From: Gemmatimonadota bacterium
GTDB lineage: Bacteria; Latescibacterota; UBA2968; UBA8231
Assembly (NCBI GenBank): GCA_038128265.1
Contig: JAYPJE010000094.1
Location: 1 to 12,088 of the forward strand
Length of the DNA stretch: 12,088 nt
Direction: 5' to 3'
Part shown: in pieces, positions 1 to 6,725 of the stretch
How positions within the stretch are numbered: position 1 is the first letter of the stretch
Layout: each line of letters begins with the position of its first letter
The notes under the pieces: generated by a model
Seen by the model: the letters and a program-made list of their open reading frames with translations, nothing else
The model's database searches: none
Told to the model about the DNA's origin: nothing
Program-made: the position numbers and the translations under genes

Positions 1-173
1 TCGTTGGCCATATGGCTGGCGGTAGAGGCGCTGCCGCCGTTGCCGCAGAGAAAAACCTGCTGACCGGCCTGGCGCGCCGCGTCGATCATGGCAATGGCCG
101 ACTCGACCTGCTCCAAATCCAAGCCATCAAGCGCAGAACGCAGGTCCTGCATGTAAGACGATAAGAAACTCAC
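1..173 (-). CDS. gmhA: SIS-domain phosphoheptose isomerase (GmhA/DiaA family), 5' part only; runs off the window start
   Basis: Manual translation of the minus strand from GTG at 173: MSFLSSYMQDLRSALDGLDLEQVESAIAMIDAARQAGQQVFLCGNGGSASTASHMAND. It contains the GmhA signature CGNGGS(A)xxAxH. AAAGGGG RBS lies 6 nt upstream of the GTG. Confidence 0.85.
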   Translation of the reverse strand, partial: MSFLSSYMQDLRSALDGLDLEQVESAIAMIDAARQAGQQVFLCGNGGSASTASHMAN

Positions 174-210
174 CTACAACCCCTTTCACAGCACACAGAC
201 GATAGACCGC

Positions 211-239
211 TTGAAAAGGTCCACCATATTGCTTAGTGT
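211..239 (+). promoter_or_regulatory. Candidate sigma70 promoter for the TolC-family gene
   Basis: TTGAAA (211-216), 17 nt spacer, TAGTGT (234-239), in the divergent gmhA/TolC intergenic region. Confidence 0.4.
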
Positions 240-281
240 CTCTTGCATGAAAAGTTCAGTCCACCCAGCAGGATGTACCCG

Positions 282-1736
282 ATGAATCGCACACCTCTAA
301 TAACGGCAATTTTTCTCTTTTGCGCCGCCCCGCTGCTGGCCCAGCAGCCGCTCTCGCTGCAGGCGTGCATCGACCTAGCGCTGAGCCGCAACCTGCAGCA
401 CCAGCGCAACGAGCAGACACTGGCGGCCAGCCGCACCAGCCTCGAATCGGCGCAGGCGCCCTTCGCCTTCAATATGGACGCCAACTTCACCGCGCCGACC
501 TTTACGGAGGTGCGCGATACGCAGGAGAGCGTCGCGCTGGCCACCCGCGTGCGCGACGAGAGCACCAACTTTACTTACAACGGCAGTCTGCGCATGGCGC
601 AGCGCCTGCCCTACTTCGGCTCGCTGCAGCTGACGACCAATGCCGAGCGCCGCGACTTTTCCTCCAACCGCCGCGCTGACTTCCTCGACTTTTCCGGCGA
701 TATGCGCCTCGACTATCAGCACGATATACTCAACCGCGCCGCCGAAGAGGTGACGCTGCAGCGCGCCCGGCACAACTTTGCCAACGCACACCTCAACTTC
801 GAACAGCAAGGCCTGCAGCTCGAGGGCCAGGTCATCGACGACTATTACACGCTTGTCCAGCGCCTGCGCCAGCTGGAAATTCAGAAACAGCGCCTCGATT
901 TGTCGCGCGCAAACCTCGAGCTGGCCCAGCGCAAATTCGAGGTCGGCCTAATCGCCGAAGTCGAAGCCCTGCGTCTGCAGGTCGAACTCCTACAGGCCGA
1001 GTCGAGCTTTGCCCAGGCCGAAACGGCCATCGAAAGCCAGCGCGACCAGCTGCGGCAAACGCTGGGCCTCAACCCGGAAGATCCGCTCGATATCAGCACC
1101 GAGGTCGAACACCGCCTCTACGCGATTGACGCCGAAAGGGCCATGCGGCTGGGTCTGCAGCAGCGCACGGACATGCGGCAAGCCGAAATTTCCGAAAAGC
1201 TGCGCCGGCTCGATCTGGAAGACGCCAACCGCCGCAACGGCATCAACGCTACACTCAACGCCAATGTCAGCCTGCGCGGGCGCGGTGACGATGTGGGCGA
1301 TATCAGCGGCACGCTCGAACGCAACCAGTGGGGTGTCGGCGTGCAGGTGACCATGCCATTGATCGACAGCGGCGCGCGACGCAGCAGCATGAATCAGGCG
1401 CGTATTGCCCTCGAACAGAGCCGGATCACGCGCGAGTTGCAGCGCCAACAGGTCGTGCGTCAAATTCGCGACGCCGTGCGCAACCTCAACGAGGCCGAGC
1501 GCCAGATCGCCATACGCCAGGCGGGGCTGAAAGTATCGGAGCGCACCTACGAAGTCGAGCAGAGCCGCTTTGAGCTGGGTCTGGCCCAAAGCCAGGACCT
1601 GCTCGACGCGCAGAGCCAGCTAACGCAGTCGCGCATCGACGCGCTAGGCGCCGTCATCGACTACCAGCGGCGCCTTAAGGACCTGCGCCTGGCGACGATG
1701 GCCGACTTAGGGGAGTTTGCTAGCGTCGAAGAATAG
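282..1736 (+). CDS. TolC-family outer membrane efflux/secretion channel protein (484 aa)
   Basis: ORF 243..1736, with the likely start at ATG 282 (AGGA upstream) giving the signal peptide MNRTPLITAIFLFCAAPLLA/QQ. It begins with LSLQACIDLALSRN and has two OEP-type repeats (LAQRKFEVGLIAEVEALRLQ and VEQSRFELGLAQSQDLLDAQSQL) plus the beta-strand WGVGVQVTMPLIDSG. Confidence 0.92.
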   Translation: MNRTPLITAIFLFCAAPLLAQQPLSLQACIDLALSRNLQHQRNEQTLAASRTSLESAQAPFAFNMDANFTAPTFTEVRDTQESVALATRVRDESTNFTYNGSLRMAQRLPYFGSLQLTTNAERRDFSSNRRADFLDFSGDMRLDYQHDILNRAAEEVTLQRARHNFANAHLNFEQQGLQLEGQVIDDYYTLVQRLRQLEIQKQRLDLSRANLELAQRKFEVGLIAEVEALRLQVELLQAESSFAQAETAIESQRDQLRQTLGLNPEDPLDISTEVEHRLYAIDAERAMRLGLQQRTDMRQAEISEKLRRLDLEDANRRNGINATLNANVSLRGRGDDVGDISGTLERNQWGVGVQVTMPLIDSGARRSSMNQARIALEQSRITRELQRQQVVRQIRDAVRNLNEAERQIAIRQAGLKVSERTYEVEQSRFELGLAQSQDLLDAQSQLTQSRIDALGAVIDYQRRLKDLRLATMADLGEFASVEE

Positions 1737-1745
1737 GGAGACCGA

Positions 1746-2234
1746 CTAGTTGTCGTCGTCCTGATTCATTAGGGGATGGGAGAATTCACCCTCGTCTTCG
1801 CCAAACCAGCGGCGCGGGCGCTGGCGCGTGTAGGAGGGGATGCGGTGCTGCTCTTCAGCTTCTTGGCAAGCCACACAGAGCCGAGCCGTCGGCAGGGCTT
1901 CCAGCCGCGCTTTGGGAATAAAGGGACAGGTAGCACAGAGCTTTAGCTCCGTTTCCATACAGGCTTCGCAGTGACCGTACGAACCGTTTTCCAGCTTCTC
2001 CAGCGCAACCGTCACCTCTTCTAACTCACGTCGCTCTGTATCGCCTAGCGCAACCAGCAGCTCCATGGCGCCCGCCTCGACGGCGCGGTCTAGGTCGTCG
2101 GCCTTGGGATCCTGCAGCTCGTCGATCTCCTGCTCCGTGCCGTCCAAGTCGCTCATCAGCTCGGCTCGGCGCTCCAACAACAGCTTCTTGACCTTTTCGC
2201 GTTCCCTTTTGTTCAGCGCAGTCTTCTTGGCCAT
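1746..2234 (-). CDS. TraR/DksA C4-type zinc finger transcriptional regulator (162 aa)
   Basis: Coiled coil with a DxxDxA tip motif (DDLDRA), followed by ALEKLENGSYGHCEAC...IPKARLEALPTARLCVACQE. GAGAGGA RBS just upstream of the ATG. Confidence 0.92.
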   Translation of the reverse strand: MAKKTALNKREREKVKKLLLERRAELMSDLDGTEQEIDELQDPKADDLDRAVEAGAMELLVALGDTERRELEEVTVALEKLENGSYGHCEACMETELKLCATCPFIPKARLEALPTARLCVACQEAEEQHRIPSYTRQRPRRWFGEDEGEFSHPLMNQDDDN

Positions 2235-2287
2235 GGTCCTCTCGTTTCGATAATGCGCCGTCGACGCTACAACACGCGGATCGGGCT

Positions 2288-2325
2288 AAATAATAAAATG
2301 GCCGAGGGATCGCTCCCGTCCGGCC
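2288..2325 (-). terminator. Possible intrinsic terminator/attenuator between the UVR-motif gene and the DksA-family gene
   Basis: Minus strand reads GGCCG-GAC-GGGA-GCGA-TCCC-T-CGGCC (interrupted GC-rich stem) followed by ATTTTATTATTT. Confidence 0.4.
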
Positions 2326-2352
2326 GAACTCTCTGTGGCGCTTTTGCTGGAA

Positions 2353-3126
2353 CTATTCTTGCGTGCCGATGGCCTGCTCGCGCTCTAAATCCCGCAGGCG
2401 GTCGCGCAAATCGGCCGCGCGCTCAAACTGATCGCCCTCGACGGCGGCACGCAGCTCCTCGCGCAGCTGCTCTAATTGACTCATGGGGCGCGCACTCTCG
2501 ACCTCGGTCTCCCATTCGCGCAGAAAGTGCAGCTCGGGACACTCTTCTAGCTGGTCAAAACGCCCGGTCTTGCGCAGGTAGTCTTCAATCTCGACAATGC
2601 CACCGCGAATCACTCCAAGCGCCTTTTTGTGCTCTTTCCCGTCTAGATGGGAGAGCACCCTCGCCTGAATGCGGTGCGCCGTGACAAACGGCGTGTGCTG
2701 TTCGGCCATCTGGCGGTCCTCTTCGGCTTCGGCATACTGATAGCACATGTCGAGAATAGCCAAGTTGTGGCGCGCATCGCGCTCGGCTAGGGCATACTCC
2801 TTCAGCTCAAAAAAGCTGATGCGCCGCCAGTAGAACTTCATCGCTTCCTGCGCCAATTCCCAGCAATCGTCGCGCGACAGCGCAAACGTACCGGGCCCAT
2901 GCTCCCCCTCCCAGCCCTCCAACTTGTCTCGGTAGTAGTCGAGCAACGAGCGATAGCCGTGCGGCCGCTCGCCGTCGGGACGCCCTTCCCACTCCAACTG
3001 CATCACGCCCAAGTCCATGCGAATCTGGATCTTATCCAGCCCGTCGCGTCCCTCTGCCTTGCGCACGCGCAGCTCGCCGGGCGCGTATTCCCAACCGCTC
3101 AATATGGGGCTGATATCGTTATCCAT
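2353..3126 (-). CDS. Conserved hypothetical protein with C-terminal UvrB/UvrC (UVR) coiled-coil motif (257 aa)
   Basis: ORF 2353..3177, probable start ATG 3126 (MDNDISPILSGWEY). The C-terminal LEQLREELRAAVEGDQFERAADLRDRLRDLE is a typical UVR motif. The N-terminal KIQIRMDLGVMQLEWEGRPDGERPHG resembles an uncharacterised family I recall from Planctomycetota/Verrucomicrobiota-type genomes. Confidence 0.85.
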   Translation of the reverse strand: MDNDISPILSGWEYAPGELRVRKAEGRDGLDKIQIRMDLGVMQLEWEGRPDGERPHGYRSLLDYYRDKLEGWEGEHGPGTFALSRDDCWELAQEAMKFYWRRISFFELKEYALAERDARHNLAILDMCYQYAEAEEDRQMAEQHTPFVTAHRIQARVLSHLDGKEHKKALGVIRGGIVEIEDYLRKTGRFDQLEECPELHFLREWETEVESARPMSQLEQLREELRAAVEGDQFERAADLRDRLRDLEREQAIGTQE

Positions 3127-3187
3127 GCGCGCTAAAAACCCTGAGGGAATGGACGTTTGAGGCCCTGTTGGACGCAAGATCGGCCTT

Positions 3188-3216
3188 ATAATATACGAAG
3201 CTCAACCTTTTGTCAA
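3188..3216 (-). promoter_or_regulatory. Near-consensus sigma70 promoter driving the UVR-motif gene (and possibly the DksA-family gene)
   Basis: Minus strand: TTGACA (3216-3211), 17 nt spacer, TATTAT (3193-3188), immediately after the stop codon of the HEAT-repeat gene. Confidence 0.75.
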
Positions 3217-3217
3217 C

Positions 3218-4042
3218 TCACGGCTCGTCGACCGGCGGCACGCCGTTTATCTCGCTGACAATGGCCAGCAATTCCTGGCGCAGCGTCTGCGTCATCATGC
3301 CGGTATCAGAGATAAAACGCTCGATGACGGGCACGGCATCTACGCCTACGTTGACGAGGGCTTCGTGCGTCTTTTCGCGCTCTTCCGGCGTCGGATTGTA
3401 CTGCATTTCGCGCGGATCAATCTGCGTGCCGAACATGCTAATCTGCGGATACTGCTCGTCGCCCAGTAGCCCCCCCATGCTCGGGTTGGCAAAGCCGCGC
3501 TGCGGCCGCCCAAGCGAGTCGACCATACCCGGGGCAAAAGGATAGCTCTGCTCTTCGCCGGTAAACACGCCGCGATACGCGCGCTGCTCTTCGCGCATCA
3601 TTAGCAGATCGTAGTAGCGCAGCGCATTGACGAGGATTTCAGCCGACTTGTCCCCACCCAAATCGCCAAGCGCGGCAACGGCCGTCATGCGGATATCGGC
3701 ATCCGCGGTGTTGAGCGAGCGGTCCAGCAGACGGCCGATATCGCTCACCGCGCTGGTGTCGCCAATCTGGGCCAGAGCGCGCACGACGTCCTGCTTGAGC
3801 GTCGTGCGCTGCTCGTAGTCGTGCAGGGCGCGGCGTAGAATGGGCACGGCGCGCGGGTCGCCGATCTCACCCAAGATCTGAGCGGCTTTGCGCCGCGTGG
3901 CATAAGGGTAGTCGGGGCGCGAGACGATCTCCGTGATCCGATCAAACTGCGCTTCGTCCCCCTGCTGGTACTTCGCATACATCTGGTTTATATTTGTGCA
4001 CCCAGCCAGTGCCAGCAGCGGCAGCAGCAATAACCAACCCAT
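3218..4042 (-). CDS. HEAT-repeat (PBS-lyase-like) lipoprotein (274 aa)
   Basis: Signal peptide II with lipobox LAGC (MGWLLLLPLLALAG/C). HEAT-like repeats: RRKAAQILGEIGDPRAVPILRRAL, KQDVVRALAQIGDTSAVSDIGRLL, RMTAVAALGDLGGDKSAEILVNAL. GGGAG RBS upstream. Confidence 0.85.
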   Translation of the reverse strand: MGWLLLLPLLALAGCTNINQMYAKYQQGDEAQFDRITEIVSRPDYPYATRRKAAQILGEIGDPRAVPILRRALHDYEQRTTLKQDVVRALAQIGDTSAVSDIGRLLDRSLNTADADIRMTAVAALGDLGGDKSAEILVNALRYYDLLMMREEQRAYRGVFTGEEQSYPFAPGMVDSLGRPQRGFANPSMGGLLGDEQYPQISMFGTQIDPREMQYNPTPEEREKTHEALVNVGVDAVPVIERFISDTGMMTQTLRQELLAIVSEINGVPPVDEP

Positions 4043-4074
4043 CGTTTAAGCTCCCGGACGCGCGCTGCAGCGCC

Positions 4075-4103
4075 TTGCAGAAGGCCGCGCAATCCCATAT
4101 TAT
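4075..4103 (+). promoter_or_regulatory. Candidate sigma70 promoter for the mrp-LOG-oxidoreductase operon
   Basis: TTGCAG (4075-4080), 17 nt spacer, TATTAT (4098-4103), 35 nt upstream of the GTG start. Confidence 0.5.
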
Positions 4104-4138
4104 CGTTAGCGATAAACGCCTTTAGAAAGCCCGCAACC

Positions 4139-4930
4139 GTGACCCAAGTACAGACGCACGATCGCCAAGCGATCCCCGGAATTAAAGATATGCTCGCCGT
4201 ATCGAGCGGCAAGGGGGGCGTTGGCAAATCCACCCTCAGCGCCAACCTCGCCGTCGCCCTGGCCGAACGCGGCCTGCGCGTGGGCCTGATGGACGCCGAC
4301 ATTTACGGCCCGAATATACCGGGCATGCTCGGCGCCAACGAGCGTCCGCAGGCCGACCCGCAAACGGGGCGCATTCAGCCGCTCGAGGCGCACGGGCTGA
4401 AGTTCCTCTCTATGGGCCTGCTCATCGAGGAGGGCGTGCCCGTCATCTGGCGCGGCCCCATGCTGGCCAAAATGATCAACCAATTTCTCTTCAACGCCGA
4501 CTGGGGCGACCTCGACGTGCTCGTACTCGACCTGCCGCCGGGCACCGGCGACGTGCAAATAACCCTGACGCAGTCGGCCCCGCTGACGGGCGCCCTGATT
4601 GTCACGACGCCTTCGGCCATTGCCCTCGAGGACGTGCGCCGCGGCGTCGAGATGTTCCGCCAAACAGAAGTGCCGCTGCTGGGCCTGGTTGAGAATATGA
4701 GCTCCTTTAGCTGCGACGAATGCGGCCACCAGTTCGCGCTCTTCGGCGAGGGAGGCGGCGCACAGATGGCCGATCAATTAGCCATTCCCCTGCTCGGCCA
4801 GATCCCGCTCGACGCAGCCCTGCGCGAGAGCGCCGATCGCGGGCAGCCGGCCGTGCGCAAACAGCCGCAAGCGGCCAGCAGCCAGGCCCTAATCGCACTG
4901 GCCGAACGCGTAGCAGCCCAGCTCTCCTAA
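4139..4930 (+). CDS. mrp: Mrp/NBP35 (ApbC) family Fe-S cluster carrier ATPase (263 aa)
   Basis: Deviant Walker A SGKGGVGKST, DADIYGPNIP, WRGPM, signature WGDLDVLVLDLPPGTGD, and GLVENMSSFSCDECG with the CxxC cluster ligands. Confidence 0.95.
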   Translation: MTQVQTHDRQAIPGIKDMLAVSSGKGGVGKSTLSANLAVALAERGLRVGLMDADIYGPNIPGMLGANERPQADPQTGRIQPLEAHGLKFLSMGLLIEEGVPVIWRGPMLAKMINQFLFNADWGDLDVLVLDLPPGTGDVQITLTQSAPLTGALIVTTPSAIALEDVRRGVEMFRQTEVPLLGLVENMSSFSCDECGHQFALFGEGGGAQMADQLAIPLLGQIPLDAALRESADRGQPAVRKQPQAASSQALIALAERVAAQLS

Positions 4931-4938
4931 GGCACGCC

Positions 4939-5718
4939 ATGGCGCCCGTCAAAGCCTACCGCGACCTGGAATTCCTAGCCAGTCCCGATGCCCGCACGCT
5001 GCGCATACTAGCCGAATACCTAGAGCCAGAAAGCCGCTTTGAACGCGAGAACATCCGCGACATCGTCGTATTCTTTGGCTCGGCCCGCGCCCCTTCGCTC
5101 GATGAGGCGGAGAAAGCGCTCAAAAATGCGGCTAATGGACAGGCCGCGCTGCGCGAAATGGAGCGCCTGCAGCAGCGCAAGCGCCTAGCCCAGTACTACG
5201 AAGATGCCTGCGAGCTATCGAGCCTGCTGACGGCCTGGGCGCGCCGCGATGGAGGGGAAGCCTTCGTGCTGTGCTCGGGCGGTGGCCCTGGCATCATGGA
5301 GGCGACCAACCGCGGCGCACTAGAAGCGGGCGGCCGGTCCATCGGCCTCAATATCAGCCTGCCCTTTGAGCAGCAGCCCAATCCGTATATAACGGAGGAG
5401 CTCAACTTCGAGTTCCACTACTTCTTTATGCGCAAGCTGTGGTTTGTCCATCTGGCGCGCGCCATCGTCGTCTTTCCCGGGGGCTTTGGCACGCTCGACG
5501 AATTGGCCGAAGTATTGACGCTGGTGCAAACGGGCCGCGCTGCGCATATGCCCATCGTGCTGTACGGAAGCGCGTTCTGGGACGAAATCATCAATATGGA
5601 GGCGCTGGCCCGTTGGGGCACCATCAGCGAGGACGACCTGCAGCTCTTTCACCGCGCCGATACCCCGACGCAGGCCTTCGACTACCTGCGCCAACAGCTG
5701 GGAGATATACCGTCTTGA
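4939..5718 (+). CDS. LOG family (TIGR00730-like) nucleoside monophosphate phosphoribohydrolase (259 aa)
   Basis: Real start is probably ATG 4939, 8 nt after the mrp stop; the upstream part of ORF 4720 overlaps mrp. Motifs FFGSAR, SGGGPGIMEA, IGLNISLPFEQQPNPY, FHYFFMRK and PGGFGTLDE. Confidence 0.93.
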   Translation: MAPVKAYRDLEFLASPDARTLRILAEYLEPESRFERENIRDIVVFFGSARAPSLDEAEKALKNAANGQAALREMERLQQRKRLAQYYEDACELSSLLTAWARRDGGEAFVLCSGGGPGIMEATNRGALEAGGRSIGLNISLPFEQQPNPYITEELNFEFHYFFMRKLWFVHLARAIVVFPGGFGTLDELAEVLTLVQTGRAAHMPIVLYGSAFWDEIINMEALARWGTISEDDLQLFHRADTPTQAFDYLRQQLGDIPS

Positions 5719-6725
5719 GCCATCTATCAATTGCCTGCGTGGGCGCCGGCTATTGGGGAAAAAACTTAGTCCGCGTCTTTGACAGCCTGCCCTCGGCGCG
5801 CCTGACGCACATTTGCGATGCCAGCCCCGAAATACGCGCACGCATGCAGGGCCTCTACCCGCACGCAACCATTACCGACGACTATGCGGCACTCTTAGAC
5901 GACCCGTCAATTGATGCCGTCGTGCTGGCCGTGCCGGCGAATGCCCACTACGAAACGGCGCGCGCGGCGCTGGAAGCGGACAAGCACGTCTATGTGGAAA
6001 AACCGCTAACGCTACAAGTTGCACATGCAGAGGAACTCTGCGCGCTAGCCGACGAGCGTGGCCTCAAATTGATGGTCGGTCACCTCTTGCTCTACCATCC
6101 CGGCGTGCAAACGCTCCGCGAGCTGGTGCAGAGCGGCCAGCTCGGCGACGTATACTATCTCTATGCGCAGCGCGTCAATTTGGGCATCGTGCGGCGCGAC
6201 GAAAACGCCCTGTGGAGCCTGGCGCCGCACGATATTTCCGTCGTGCTGCACCTACTTGAGCAGGAGCCCGACGCCGTTAGTGCACGCGGTGAGTGCTATT
6301 TGCAGGAGGGCGTCGAAGATGTCGTCTTTGCCAATTTGCACTTTGCCGACGGCAAGATGGCGCAGCTACAGCTGTCGTGGCTCGATCCACACAAAGTGCG
6401 CAAACTGACGGTAGTGGGCAGCCGTAAAATGGCGGTTTTCGACGACGTGGAAAGCGCCGAGAAAATTCGCATCTACGATAAAGCCGCCGAGCCGCGCCAG
6501 TATGCGTCCTACGGCGACTCTATCACGCTGCGCTTCGGCGACATCACCATTCCCCACATCGAGATGGCCGAGCCGCTGCGCTTGGAGTGCCAGCACTTTG
6601 TAGACTGCATTGCTGAAGACAACACGCCGCGCAGCGACGGGCGAGACGGCCTGCGGGTCGTGCGCGTCCTAGAGGCGGCGCAGCGCTCGCTAACCCAGGG
6701 CGGCGCCCCCGTCTCGCTTATTTAA
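5715..6725 (+). CDS. Gfo/Idh/MocA family NAD-dependent oxidoreductase, WlbA/GnnA-like nucleotide-sugar dehydrogenase type (336 aa)
   Basis: Probable TTG start at 5715, overlapping the LOG stop (TTGA), with GGAG at 5701-5704. Rossmann motif IACVGAGYWGKN, HVYVEKP, MVGHLLLYHP and SLAPHD. Confidence 0.92.
   Translation: MSHLSIACVGAGYWGKNLVRVFDSLPSARLTHICDASPEIRARMQGLYPHATITDDYAALLDDPSIDAVVLAVPANAHYETARAALEADKHVYVEKPLTLQVAHAEELCALADERGLKLMVGHLLLYHPGVQTLRELVQSGQLGDVYYLYAQRVNLGIVRRDENALWSLAPHDISVVLHLLEQEPDAVSARGECYLQEGVEDVVFANLHFADGKMAQLQLSWLDPHKVRKLTVVGSRKMAVFDDVESAEKIRIYDKAAEPRQYASYGDSITLRFGDITIPHIEMAEPLRLECQHFVDCIAEDNTPRSDGRDGLRVVRVLEAAQRSLTQGGAPVSLI

Noticed and set aside
218..232. Possible sigma54 promoter GGTCCACCATATTGC upstream of the TolC-family gene
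   Set aside because: The GG-to-GC spacing is 11 nt rather than the required 10.
4106..4777. Long antisense ORFs (4106..4777, 990..1589, 7699..8409, 9899..10831 and similar)
   Set aside because: Shadow ORFs opposite real genes, expected from high-GC codon usage; no motifs.
4720..4938. N-terminal extension of the LOG ORF (and similarly 5439-5714 for the oxidoreductase and 8956-9144 for M23)
   Set aside because: These extensions overlap well-supported neighbouring genes in another frame and are Arg/Pro-rich nonsense. Downstream starts give normal domain boundaries.
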